Positions 12,198-25,736 of a DNA stretch of 64,000 bases are shown here, piece after piece. How positions within the stretch are numbered: the first letter of the stretch is position 1; every line of letters starts with the position of its first letter. Below the pieces are notes generated by a model. That model was not told the origin of the DNA. It searched no databases and saw nothing but the letters and a program-made list of their open reading frames with translations. Source of the stretch: Eledone cirrhosa (lineage: Eukaryota); the NCBI GenBank assembly GCA_964016885.1, contig CAXHJY010000838.1, forward strand, positions 54,599 to 118,598. The letters run 5' to 3'. Made by a program: the position numbers and the translations under genes.

Positions 12198-14394
12198 TTT
12201 TTTCTTTTATTTTTTACTAAGGTTTAAAATTTCTAATGAAGTTAAACTTGTGGTTAAATATGAGCACATCTGAAATATATATCTGTGTTTTGTTTAATCA
12301 TAAAATAAGCCACAGTTTGATGGTGTCAATACTTTTAATTTTTAAATATAAGTAAATTTTTAAATATAAGCAAACCTTTTTATCTTTGCTAAATCTCTTG
12401 CACGAGCATAAATCCACAGATCTGTATAGGAAAGCAAATACTCTTCCTATATCACAAGGGCTGTGAATTGGCAGTAATTGGTGAAACATCAGATAACATG
12501 CTTTATGGCATAGAGTTACGTCCCTTTACAACCTGAGTTCATATCCGGGGTTAGCTTTGCTATGTTAAACTCACCATTCTATATATGTAATACAGTTTTC
12601 AATGCTATTAGCTTCTACGATAATATAGTTTGGGGAAATATTAAAACAATTTTAGTAACCACTCAAGAATTATAACAAAATACAAAAGTAGATGGTTACA
12701 AATGTGACAAATCCAAGACACCCTATAGATTAGATTCTGATAGAAAACAGAGACTCACACCTGTTTCATTATATCTCAATGTACAACTGCAATTTATGCT
12801 ATTTATATTACTAGGATTACTTCAAGACGCTGATGCATATGTGTATATCTATATTCATACATTTATATGTATGAGTATATAAATATAAACGCGCAAACAC
12901 TGACACACTTACAAAAATACACTCACGGACATACATTCACACAAATACACATACATTCACACAAACACACACACACATACATTTACACACACACACACAC
13001 ATTGTGTGACGGGTGGATGGAAGTCGCTCAAATTTATATATAAATACTTTAAGACAGAATACTAACGTCATGTAGATTCCTTATTAGACATTTTACCACA
13101 ACACCACTATCATGCCATTTAAACATTAAAAGTATAATATACTTAAATAAAAATGTATTAAGAGGTATCAAAGAGATAAATGGTTATAAATAAGAAAATG
13201 TTTTTTTTTTTACTTTAGAAATAAATCTTTTGCTTGCCTCAGGGTATTTGGAAAGAATAAAAAGTGTTAAAGTAAACATCTACATCAATATTATGAGTTC
13301 AAATTCTGTCAAATCCTAAGGTTGATAGAATATATATAACAGTGAAGTACTGGGGTTGAGTAAATCAATTTTGCCCTCCCATTAAAATTGTTGGTCTTCA
13401 GCCTAAATTTAGAAACAATATTCATTTGTTCATAATATAGAATCTAAAAGTTAAAAGACCTAGCTATAATTCTGACAACTATCATACAACACACTGTCAC
13501 AGTAAGAGATTTTGTATCTGGAAAGAACCCTAAAACTCAATTTAGTTTATTATACCAGTTGAAGAGACCTCCAGGGGATTTTTATTTCTTACAAATTATT
13601 AACTAATATTATCAATTAAATGTTATAATAGTTAAATGGGACTGTATACAATTCATCTGTTCTCGGAGTTCCCAGTGAATCAACTGTTGAGCTATATAAA
13701 ACAGAATTCCATCAGATCATTAAGCTTAATTCATCAAGCTGTCAGACTGACCTAGTTTATGTATATATACTAAATGAATTTCTACATGTCGGCAATGATT
13801 GAGTCTTAATCTTTAATTAATCTAAATGAAAGTGTTAGCTCTACTACTATGTGAAATATCGAATAAGAATTAAGACAATAAGACAATGAGTAGATAAATC
13901 AAAATATACTTAGTTCAAAAGACCTGCCTCCACCTACTTAATAAAATAATACAGTAACTTTTTGATCAAATCAGATAGCAATATCTGTGCAAGGTGATCC
14001 TGTAACATCTTTACAAAACAGTTGTATAGTATTGTAAAAAAAAACTAGTCTAGCTATATTTTTGCTCACCTTGTAAGCATGAGGTCAATATAATAGCTAG
14101 TTAAAATGCTAAAATGCCTCACTTGACTTCTGAGGAGTTCCAATGCAAGGGTCATTGCCTTTTACAACCTAGAAAACCACAATCTATGTTGGGCCCATCC
14201 CATTTCATACACAGTTGAATAGTTAATATCAAAGACAGACTATTTGCTCCATTAATTTATGAAAATAGTTACATTTGAATGAAATACTGGAAAAAAATAT
14301 TATGCAGGAGATTGAAGTGTTGTATAGAGACATGTAGATATATAAGTAATGACCTTTTCAGGGGTCGTATTTAGGTCTCTATAAGTCAGTGTGG

Positions 14395-14745
14395 ATGTAA
14401 CATGGCCGAATGGTTATGAGGCTTGCTTTGCAATCATTAGATTCTGGGTTCAATTCAACTGTGTGTCATCTTCGACAAGTGTTATTAACCATAGCCTCGA
14501 GTGACCTATGCTTTATGAGTAAAATTTGGTTGACAGAAATTGTTTGGAAGCCTGTTAGAAGGAATTTATTTGAAATTCAAATAGCCAACCTTGTTTACAT
14601 ACAGTTTCATACTGAATCTCCCTGATAATTAAATTAAGGGTATGTGTCTGTGGAATTGTCAGTCACTTATACGTTAACTTCATGAACAGGCTGTTCCATT
14701 GATTAAACAGTTGGAACATTTATTGAAACAAATTGAGGTTCATCG
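14395..14745 (+). mobile_element. diverged tRNA-derived SINE
   Basis: Head CATGGCCGAATGGTTATGAG...GGGTTCAATTC. Body is related to 44690-45250 and (reverse) 20990-21240. Confidence 0.65.
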
Positions 14746-15791
14746 ATAAAACACTATAAACAGAGAGAAATGATCAAGTAGATCATAGATAGGGAGTAGT
14801 TCTTCATTTTAGTTACTATTCATTGTCTCTAAACAGGACACTAACCTATATTGCTCAGATTGCTTATCTGTCTTCTGGGAATGTCAGCTGTGATAAGCTT
14901 GTTTCCTATACAGGATGAAATATGTTTTTCATCAACTTAAAACTTCTGACTTCAGAGCTGAAAAACTGACTTTATGAATCTTGGTAGATTGTAGAGTTCA
15001 CATTTATCAGTGCAGATTATCAGAATATTTCACACTTTCTTTTTTTTAATCCCTTTTAAGTCCTAGAAATAGTGACATCAAAACAAAAGTATCATCCAGT
15101 TCTTAGGCAAGTAGCTTTGATCTTGTTGAAACCACATGTAAAGAAAGACTAAAACCAATATATTACATAATAAAAAAAATAGTAAACAACTACATACAAA
15201 CAAATACTATCAGCAATACTAATTAGAAGAGTTAATTTTTAATGTAACTAGATATAAGTATTGTGCATGTAAAATGCCAGGTGAAGGGATAAGAATTAGT
15301 AGATACAATACTGCAACAAGATAAATATTTCAGCTGGAACTGATATGAAACTTTTCTTAGGGCCTATTTCATTTGAGATATGATATCAATGTGCAATATA
15401 AAATAATAATAAATCTTTATTAAATAGACACAGCAGTCGAACAGATAAAATAAACTTGTAGATTGAATTACCCTTACAGCTATTACATTTTATACTTGTG
15501 CAAAATATCTCAAATAACCCTCCTCAGTCTTCATAACTAGGAAATTAGTTCCAATTTCATGTCAGAGTAGTAAATAGAAAACCAAAATAATCAGTCTTAA
15601 AGCTCCTTCTGTCAGAAAACATATACAGCTGTGTAAAAGTTAAAAAGGCAGCACATTATAAAATGTTCATGCAACTCTCTGTAAACATTAACTAAATAAT
15701 TAAAATTTAAATTAAGCTTTTATGACAATGGATAAGCAATACATTAACATTCTGTTGAGTGAATTACTAAAAAGATGAAGTATTTCAAATA

Positions 15792-15837
<46 letters not shown>

Positions 15838-15840
<3 letters not shown>

Positions 15841-16130
15841 AAAAAATTGTCGGATTAATTGAAAACATGACATATATTTGAACAACATTGAGGTGAATCC
15901 CTATTTCTTTATATAAGAGACTATGGAATGAACTGCCTGTCGAGTTTCTATGGTATTTCAATAGCTGTGTTTTGTAAGCATCTTCAGGTGCCATATTCCA
16001 TAGAGTTAGGATTGGTAAGAATAATAGGCTGAAAGCTAAAATATTGATCCAGTCTTCAGGTGCGTTTACTAGTCTAGTTACCTTGTGCTGAGAACATGTA
16101 CAGCTTGAAGAATCAATACTAAGCACTTGA
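15838..16130 (-). mobile_element. Penelope-like 3' terminus with two degenerate hammerhead cores, abutting (TA)n
   Basis: Minus strand has GCACCTGAAGA twice (CTGAAGA at 16053-16059 and 15981-15987). The second is followed by GAAAC (15944-15948) and enclosed by a perfect 9-bp inverted repeat CTATGGAAT/ATTCCATAG. The 3' end abuts (TA)n at about 15790-15835. Confidence 0.5.
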
Positions 16131-16548
16131 TTAATTGTGATTCGAACTTCTTTTTTTTTTTTTTCTTTCTTTCTTATATTTATTTATTGGTCCTGATAAT
16201 AGGCTCAACTCTTCACATATTCAAGCTTCAATAAATACACATTTTCTAAAACTAAATAACTAAATTTAAAATTTAGTTGTTATAAAAGAAGCCATCTTTC
16301 ATCATCATTATCATTATCATTTTACATTCATTTTTCATGCTGGCATGGGTTGGATGGGTTGTCACAGTCAAGACTAGACTGGGTGAAAAATGTATTTTGC
16401 GTGTACTTCAAATCTATGCATGGTTGGATGGCTTTCCTAATGCCAATCACTTTACAGAGTCTACTACTTTAGCATAACATTTAATAAATTTCAGATAGAA
16501 ATAATGATTTCTGATTTAGGCACAGGGTCAACAAATAATAATAATAAT

Positions 16549-17250
16549 AGGAAAGAATCACTGGACAGATTTTACAGGCAAAACCAACCGGCAAGAGACC
16601 CAGGTGTTGGCTTTAAGAGACATCTTCACCCACTTATTCTTAGGAAGGTCATGGGAGAAGAGTCCTCAGTCACACCTAGTGGGTCCAGTCAAAAGCAACT
16701 GTCTCCAATTGATTCAGCTGAATTCTCAAGCGAGACCTACTGAGTTCATGGATGTAATCCAACCATCTTACTCAGGGTCTTCCCCCGGGTCTCCTGCCAG
16801 TTGGTTTTGCCCATAAAATTTGTCCAGCAATTCCTTCCTGAGACATCTTAACCACATGTCAGTAGTATCAAAGCTGTGATCTCTCAATTTGAAAAACCAA
16901 CAGCTCTATCTGGAGCAACTCTCTGATCTCCAAGCTATGCACTATGGAGTAACATTAATCCAAAGATACCTTGGAGGAACCCCATTTCGGCTGCTTTTCT
17001 ATCCAATTCTTTCAGTTATTACCAAAGATTTATGACCATAAGTAAGGGTTGGTACAAATAGTGAATTGAAGATAGTGAGTTTGGCTTTTACATCTACCTC
17101 TCTTCTTCTGATGACTAAATGCTGAAGCTGACTGCACCAGATCCTGCAATTCTTGCATCTAATTCAGCTTCTTACCTACCATCACTCATGAACTTGGCCA
17201 CAAGATACTTGAAATTCTTCAGGGGAATTTCACTTACATGTAGAGTTCAC
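16549..17250 (-). mobile_element. degenerate Rex3/Expander-like RTE (minus), preceded by a short plus-strand fragment of the same family
   Basis: The reverse complement of about 16620-17250 is similar to 8853-9165 and extends further 5'. 16549-16605 is a plus-strand piece (ERITGQILQAKPTGKRPR). Confidence 0.8.
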
Positions 17251-18615
17251 TGTATTGAAGAGACCTCACCATAAACAATTTAAGTTACCATTTCTATTAC
17301 ATAAAACCCACCACCACCACCAAATCCTATCATTGACCATTTTCAGTATTGTCTTAGAATTACAATATACAAAATACAGCTCAGATTTTATTTCTCAGAC
17401 ATACAAAATAAAATAGAGAATAGTGTTGTAAGGAAGAAAAAAATTTAGATTGGGGAAAAAATATCTAGTGTGAATGAACAGAAACTTTTCCCTTTTGATA
17501 CAAAAACACCAGAAAGCACACATGGTTCTATGATACAAAGCAGTTTATTTTAAAATGTTTATATATATCTATAAACATTCCATTAAGATTTTATGTAAGA
17601 GCCTTTGTTACATTTAAAACACCAGTTTAATAATGAGAATGCTAGTTATATTATTAAATTCTTCAACATTCTTGATTATTTTGAAAATGATTTGAAAATT
17701 ATAAGCAGCGTTGTTTATTAGAAGTATGGTAATGAAAGGGTTAATTCTAACAATAATGAACATTATATTCTAAATGCTGTTATCTTCTGCAATTTCAAAA
17801 GCAAACTTTGAAATACTGGGTACAAAATAATTTGCTGTAATCAAAAATATGAAAAGATTTTATTTAGATAGTGAAACAAATATAAGAGTTTACATCAGCA
17901 GTAGAAACTACCCAATTTAGAGCATTAGGTATAATCAAGGTCTTGTTTATTATAACCTCCTACACCACCCAAACCATTAGTAATAGCAGCATTGAAAACT
18001 GATAAGGCTTTTTATGCATCTGCAAACTGAGCAAACTGCATATTTTGTGCCAGTGGTAATAGACGTCACTTCTAAAATTAATCTGAAGACAACAGCTTCT
18101 TAGCAGACATCTTAAAATGGTTGTTTATCCGTTTTTCTATGAATTGTATTGTATTGAACAAGTTGAAGGAAAAACAAAGCAATATAGTTTTTAGATTCTC
18201 TATTTTGATGTTCAATAGAAGCAATGAGTTGGGGGAAACAATACCTAGCTTAATTAATTAGTTCATCTTAATATTCATGAAAAATCTAAAAATAGCTACT
18301 TGCATAATTGTCCAAACTAAACCATCCTGTTCATTTATTCATTTCTCTATCAGAGAGACAGTATGTGCTTTCAGCACAGTGATTACAGATGTGGCAGTGG
18401 TAATGTGGGGAAAATAATCACTCACACTATTAAAAATCTTCTAAGAGCCAATTGTTATTTCTAGGGAATTGTGTAAGAAGTACTAGACTAAATGGTTGTT
18501 GTCCATCATTTACTAAAAACATAGCAAGTTTGTTTGTTAGGTTTAAACCTAATGAGTTCTTAAAAATTTATTACAGTAACAACTTCTTGTTGTGCAGCCT
18601 CGGGTCAGCACTGAT

Positions 18616-18780
18616 CAGAGCCTATGAGAGGGAGGGGTTCCGCCGGTCTTTGTTCCAGCGCCCAAGAGCTCAGAAGAGCCCACAGCAACCATGCAACATT
18701 CATTTTGAGAAAAATCTTTGCCTGCTTCAGGCCCCAAAGGGGTCTTGTACCACCTTGCAAAATTTCTCTTGGCGGCCCTG
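18616..18780. mobile_element. hAT-type MITE with 8-bp TSD
   Basis: Ends CAGAGCC ... GGCCCTG; exact TSD GCACTGAT at 18608-18615 and 18781-18788. Confidence 0.85.
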
Positions 18781-18791
18781 GCACTGATCAA

Positions 18792-18964
18792 CAGCTCATT
18801 AAACAAATTAAGCAAATGCTTAGGGCCTCAGGTAAAATGGGTGCACAAAATAATCAAAAGGCAAATGTTTTCATTTTGTTCTGAGATCTTGTGTAATTTT
18901 TTTAAACATGGGGACTCCAAGCTTTATACAACTTAGGGCCTCGTCAAGTTTTAATCCAGCACTG
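18792..18964. mobile_element. second hAT-type MITE with imperfect 8-bp TSD
   Basis: Right end TTAATCCAGCACTG, internal TAGGGCCTC repeats, flanks CTGATCAA / CTGATTGA. Confidence 0.65.
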
Positions 18965-19149
18965 CTGATTGAGCAGTTCTATAGCTGAAAGATAAGGTGT
19001 GACCCACAGATCCATCTTCTTTAATTATACCACATCTCCATCTAGCTGAGGACCTTACTGAACACTTTGAAATGCAGAGTTAAATCATATCAAGTGTAGT
19101 GTGACTTTTTGGATGTATTACACATCCACAGTCCAGTCTATTTTGATAT

Positions 19150-19880
19150 GCCTACAGTTTCTGGTGGCAGGCAAAACAAATTCAAACCCAGTGCAACAGT
19201 CATTGCTTCTCTGAACCTATTGTTGGCAGTCTATGTCGCTACAAAATGTTTGGGGGATCAGCGGAGCTGTTGATGTAGCAGCTATTTCTGTGTGTATGAG
19301 TTTCTAATGTTTGTCCAGACTGAGTCTAAGATAGCATTTTTAGAGATACTGTGGTGTCGTATATGTGTCTAAGTATTTGGAGATGATTTGGCATATAGTG
19401 ATGGGGATTGTAGCTGAACTTACTAAGGCAACAAGTCCAGAAGGTCTTTCATTTTCAATATTTTTGTTCTGTTAAGTAGATGGTCTGTGTACGACTTGTG
19501 AGTGCAATGCTTTTTATTCTTTGTAGTTCATTGTGGCTTGAAGAAATTCAGTGCCTAGACAAGGCTAGTATAGTCCATGATGGATTTAATGCATTGTTTG
19601 GACATTCAATGACAGATTTAATGTATTGTTTGTATGTCATTGTTGTTGTTGCTTCTTTTGTTCTATTGGCCAAATATGGTGCCAGTGATTGCTTTAAGCA
19701 TCCTTGCTTTCTTTACTATGTCTTCTATGCGTGTAGTGAATGTTGTGGAGAAGTTGTATGTACTCCTAACATTTTTGCTGTGTGTGTATATGTGTACATG
19801 GTTACATTTATGTTGTCGAGTGTGATGGCTGGTTGTATTTGCTGTTCACTGGTAATAAAAAAAAGTATTTTGTAGGTGAA
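19150..19880 (-). mobile_element. old Jockey/I-group LINE RT C-terminal remnant
   Basis: Minus-strand translation across frameshifts gives AKMLGV...VKKARMLKAITGTIFGQ*..KEATTTMTYKQYIKS..IKSIMDYTSLV*..LQRI, resembling the post-RT region of I/Jockey-type LINEs. Confidence 0.65.
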
Positions 19881-19993
19881 ACTTTAAGTAGGTTACTGTG
19901 AAGCCAGAGAGCATCTTTGCAGTCATTCAACCTGCAAGAAATTGCAGTCAAATTTTCCTCAAATACTATCTTACTGTCTTAGAAATTGGTTAA

Positions 19994-20205
19994 CTCTTTA
20001 GCATTTACATTACTCTATATTTACTATTTTATTTTCCCAGTAAAATCTTTATTTCAGATAATTTTCTCACATAATATCGAAACTATGAGATTTCGATATT
20101 ATTTATTTTGAGAACAATACCTTATCATAATTATGAGCAGCTGGTTATGGCTGGTTTGAACAGAAAGAGATGAGAGAATTTCTGGCCGGTTTAAATGCTA
20201 AAGGG
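19994..20205 (+). mobile_element. piggyBac-like MITE
   Basis: TTAA flanks; CTCTTTAGCATTTA ... TAAATGCTAAAGGG. Confidence 0.92.
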
Positions 20206-21744
20206 TTAAATATACAGCTCAAACTAATTCTGAATGTAATATGCCATATAATTATGGCTAGAATGCCAGTTCAATGATAAATTAAGACACTAAAATATTT
20301 CTCTCAGCATGTATGAATACCATCAGAGAACGACTAAAAGTGAACTGCAAAACTCCTTCAAGGTTGATTTATAAAGACTACAAAATATTTACACAAACAC
20401 TAACACAAATAACATGAATACAAATAGTCTAGTAACATACATGTCTGTAGAGAAAAAAGAAACAATGACATCAGCAACAATATGCAGGAAGTAGCACTGT
20501 TGTCTCCCTTCCTAATGTCACAGGCTCGCACAGAAAACATTCAGAAATAAATACTCCATACACAAAATCTTTGTAAAGATGACACAAAAAATAAAATCTG
20601 AAAATTCTGTAGTGCACTAATAAACAATTAACACTGGTTGGAAGAAAGAAAGAAAAGATGACAAAACATGTTCTAACAGGGTCCACATTATCAAAGATGT
20701 ACCGCAAGGTTAATTCTTTCATAAAAGCAATTTCATATTAATGAGAAATTAAGAAACAATATCTTTATTTTGTTTCATTTTCATTACATGTAAATCTTTC
20801 TTCTAACTACAAATTTGCATTAAAATTGCAGACATGTCTATTGAAAATAAAATATCTGGAGAGTGAAATGGAAGAAAAAAAAAAAAGCAAGAAAGACTCT
20901 TGTTGTCTTGATTGATTAAATAATCATATAATTTCTATACCTTAATGGGTCTGTTAGTTCTGATTGGACCTATTTTATATTCATCTGAGGGCTTAGATAA
21001 TGGACCTCTGATGATTTTGATGATGAATGTCCTAGTTGTTTAATCAATACTATAGTCTACTCAAGAAATTAATGTGCAAGTGGATGAACATTCATTCCAC
21101 AGACACATATACTCTTAATGTAATTCTCAGGGAGATTCAGTGTGACATAGTTATGTGATGTGGCTCACTCTTTGATTTACATTTACAGTCCATGTGACAG
21201 GCTTCCAAACAGTTTCTGTCTACCCAATGACACTTGGCCAAGATGGGCCTGCCAACCTCTAAAAAGCCAAACAGGGAGTACAGTGAAAAAAAGTGTCCTG
21301 AAACGGCTAGAAATGAGGTAAAATGGGGAGGTTTTACATAATGAAAGCTATACCTATTTTCACAAGAAACCAAATTGGGTGGGAGATCTCCCCATCACAC
21401 AAGGAGAGTTAACAGGTCCGAATATCATCCCTCATTACAGACAACATTGTATAGGGAATAGGAGAGAGGTGAGTGACAGCTACACCATTTACTAAGAAGA
21501 AGATGAGTGGTGTCAACAAAAGAAAACTTAACAGAAACATAATGGGCAAGAGACCTAAATGTAGGAGTTATACATTCCAACTTACATCCCACACTGTTGG
21601 TGTTAGGAAGGGCAACCAGCCAAATTTAGTCCTGTCAGAACAAAGTACAGTATGGTCAATCCTGGTAAGTTTTTAGGTAAATATAATTAGTTTAAAATAA
21701 ATAGTTCTGTATCCTAGAAACAGGGGACAGTTTCATATGGTTTG

Positions 21745-21781
<37 letters not shown>

Positions 21782-22400
21782 GAAATTATTGTGTACAGTG
21801 CTCAGGGGCACTACAACTGATCAAAGGTGCATGTATAGTACATAGAATAATGTACAAATGTCAGGAAAGTGAACAGTGTATATAACGGGTTAATATTTCA
21901 AACTTTAGAAGAAGAACTGAATTATGTCACAAAGCAACAGACATTGCTAGCCAAAAATAGTAATACATCTTCCATCTTACATTTGAGAATCACCTAGACA
22001 AAACACGCTTCCATTAACAATTCAGAGAAATAATGAAGTCTTCAGAAATGTCTAGTTTGTTTAAAATATAGAAGAATATAGATATAAATACACGTTTTTA
22101 CTCTATGACACGTAAACCAATGTAATATGAGGGTTGACAAGGAAAATATTTTATCAAAAAACTTGACAAATCACAGTATCAAAGATAATTTGGATAGGGC
22201 ACATGTAATATTAGCAAATAGAACTGCTGCTATTTAATATAATGGAGAGCCACAGAGATAGATTAACATATAAAAACATAGTACATTGAATAATTTACAA
22301 ATTATTCTACATGTATATACACATGTATATATACATATATATGCATATACATATATATACATATATATGCATATATATATATATGTATGTATATGTATAT

Positions 22401-22748
22401 GGAGGCACATGGCTTAGTGGTTAGAGCATTGGCCTTGCAATCGAAAGGTTGTGAGTTCAATTCTCAGACCAGGTGATGTGTTGTTTCCTTGAGCAAGAGA
22501 CTTTATTTCACATTGCTCCAGTTTACTCAGCTGTAGAAATGAGATGATAGGGAATGGGGTCTCTATCATTCCACTGCAAAGTGGTCGTGGAGGTGCCACG
22601 GCAAAAAAGCACCCAGCACTCACTGTAAATGAGGTTGGTGTTAGGAAGGGCATCCAGCTGTAGAAATCAAGCCAGAATCAGTTCCCGTCCCACCCTTGCA
22701 AGCAGGGAAAAGCGGATGTAAAATGAAATGAAATGAAATGAAATGAAT
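22401..22748 (+). mobile_element. composite SINE (S2): tRNA head + CORE-like domain + RTE-derived 3' tail, inserted in (TA)n
   Basis: A-box TGGCTTAGTGG, B-box GAGTTCAATTC, CCTTGAGCAAGAGACTTTATTTCAC. The 3' ~110 nt are near-identical to the 3' UTR of the RTE at 23562-24476. (AAATG)n tail. Confidence 0.9.
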
Positions 22749-23170
22749 GCATATATATATATATATATATATATATACATGCATATATATATATATATAC
22801 ATGCGTATATATATATATATATACATGCATATATATATATACATATACATGCATATATATATACATATACATGCATATATATATATACATATACATGCAT
22901 ATATATATATACATATACATGCATATATATATATACATATACATGCATATATATATATACATATACATGCATATATATATATACATATACATGCATATAT
23001 ATATATACATATACATGCATATATATATATACATATACATGCATATATATATATACATATACATGCATATATATATATATATACATATACATGCATATAT
23101 ATATATACATATACATGCATATATATATATATATACATATACATGCATATATATATATACATATACATGC

Positions 23171-23201
<31 letters not shown>

Positions 23202-23561
23202 CATGCATATATATATATATATACATATACATGCATATATATATATACATATACATGCATATATATATATATATACATATACATGCATATATATATATAT
23301 ATATACATATACATGCATATATATATATATATACATATACATGCATATATATATATACATGCATATATATATATATACATATATACATATACATGCATAT
23401 ATATATATACATGCATATATATATATATACATGCATATATATATACATATACATGCATATATATATATGTATATGTATATATATACATATACATGCATAT
23501 ATATATATATATATGTATGTATATGTATATATATATATATATGCATTATATATATATATAT
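22749..23561. repeat. imperfect TA array with ~24-bp higher-order unit (TA)nCATATACATGCA
   Basis: Regular ACATATACATGCATATATATATAT units, clearest at about 22860-23060. Confidence 0.95.
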
Positions 23562-24476
23562 ATCATCATCATCATCATCACCGTTTTACGTCCGTTCTTC
23601 CACGCTAGCATGGGTTAGACGGGTTGTCCTGTTGTGGGCAGTGTCTGGTCGGCTGACCATGCCTTGCTCATACAGGAACTGATCTGGCTTGATTTCTACA
23701 GCTGGATGCCCTTCCTAACACCAACCTCATTTACAGTGAGTGCTGGGTGCTTTTTCGTGGCGCCTACACGTCCACTTTACAGTGTGGGCTGGGTGCTTTT
23801 TTGCCGTGGCACCTCCACGACCACCTTGCGGTGGGGGGGGGGGGGGCATATTGTTTATATGCTTCAGCATGTACCCATGGGAGGTCGGGTACCCTGTATT
23901 ACTGCGTGACGCCAGAAGTCACGGTCGTGTGTCATTGACTTTGAGAGGTGTAGTTGGGTAAGGTCGGCTTTTATCACCTCATCCCAAGTCATCTTGGGTC
24001 TCCCCACTCCGCGGTTTCCATCAACTTCTAGTGCTCTGCACCTTTTTATGCAGCTGTCATCCTTCATACGCATCACATGTCCATACCAGCGTAACCGCCT
24101 CTCCTGCACGCAGCATTTGATTCCTCTTATGCTCAGTCTCTCTCTCAATTCATTTATGCTTTGTCGTTCACGTATATTACTGTTACACATCCATCGGAGC
24201 ATGCAGGCTTCGTTTCTCTCTAATCTACGTAAGTCTTCCACCTTCAGCGCCCAGGTCTCACTACCATGCAACATCGCTGTTCGGATACACGCATCATACA
24301 GTCTGCCTTTCATTCTGAGGGAGAAGCCTTTTGCAGCTAGCAGTGGTAGTAGTTCCCTAAACTTCTTCCATCCCGTTCTTACCCTAGTTATTGTACTTTC
24401 TGAGCACCCACCTCCGTTGCTAATTCGGTCACCTAGGTAGCAGAAGCTGTCTACTGTTTCTACAGGGCCCTCCCAT
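23562..24476 (-). mobile_element. 5'-truncated RTE LINE (family A): RT C-terminus, 3' UTR and (GAT)n tail
   Basis: Uninterrupted frame [14 protein letters not shown]...[12 protein letters not shown]...MLHGSETW...[11 protein letters not shown]...GRPKMTW...DRDFWR, stop at 23864. TA arrays on both sides. Confidence 0.95.
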
Positions 24477-25476
24477 GTATGTATATGTATATATATATAT
24501 ATACATATATAATGCATATATACATATACATATATAATGCATATATATATATATATATGTATGTATATGTATATATATATATATATGCATGTATATGTAT
24601 ATATATATATATGCATGTATATATATATATATATACATATATAATGCATATATACATATACATACATATATATATACATTGCGTACCGTTTTGTACCACA
24701 GATGCGATCTCACCCTGCCTCGTTAATGTCCTATCGACACCAAAGTTCAACGTTTGGGCAAATAGAATTGAATCCAACCACCAACAACATAGCTGGATGA
24801 CCGATAATCACACCAAACCGGAGTACTGTGATCCCTGTGATTTCCAGATATACAACCACTGACACTGTTACGAAGACCAGAAAACCATACTCCATAATAT
24901 TGAACCAAGTGATTGATTTGTGCGACCAAAATAACACCACACACATATTGAATTAGGAATATTGGATCCTCCGTCAATGTCCGGGTGAGCAAAAATAGAT
25001 TCCTATCTGCATTGGAATTTACGAACTTGTGCATCTGCTGTGGTGTCAAAAACAAACGCGAATGACCGCACAGATAAACAATGAACCACGCCACGTGGCT
25101 TGAACCCGTAAGTGAATTGAAGGTTCTGCAACTCTGATACACAGATTATTTATTATTAAGATGTATAACCTTGACATAACTATTATCATCTTATATTCTC
25201 TCAACTAATCACACTTGATCATATTTCTCTATCCCGTTTTCTCCTCCCATAATTATTATATTTTTATTATTATTTGAAAAAAAAAATCAGTTTTTTTACA
25301 TTATTTTCCCTTCCAAATATTCGCTTATATTTCTTTATATATTCTCTATATATTTTTTTATCTTTATTATTTCCACTTTTATCCTCCTTTATATTTTACC
25401 TTATTCTTACTTTTATACCTTATTATAGTGTAATCTTCCTTATGCCTTATTATACACTATTAATTATAGATTATTA

Positions 25477-25668
25477 GGTGGATTGGCAGTATCGGTAGAG
25501 GGTCGGACGCCATGCTTTCCAGCAGAGTTACGTCCCTTTACGATCTGAGTTCAAATCCTGCCGAGATTAACTTTGCCTTTCATCCTTACGGGGTCGATAA
25601 AATAAAGTACCAGTAATGTACTGGGTATTTGCTGGCCTTGTGCCAAATGTAGAAACAATTATTATTAT
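25477..25668 (+). mobile_element. full-length tRNA-derived SINE (S1)
   Basis: A-box TGGCAGTATCGG, B-box GAGTTCAAATCC, central domain, (ATT)n tail. Confidence 0.92.
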
Positions 25669-25736
25669 TACTATTTTTCCATTTCTAATTACCTCATGTA
25701 CTTTCTCCTCCGCTATATATATATATATATATATAT

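Noticed and set aside
19480-19875. 131-aa hydrophobic plus-strand ORF
   Set aside because: Antisense shadow of a decayed minus-strand LINE remnant.
21779-21890. Distinct ~110-bp segment abutting (TA)n, suspected to be another Penelope-like end
   Set aside because: No hammerhead core or coding motif was found, so it cannot be supported from this window.
22401-22475. tRNA-like sequence with A and B boxes (also 25477 and 43473)
   Set aside because: It continues directly into SINE body and tail and lacks a proper acceptor stem, so it is a SINE head rather than a tRNA gene.
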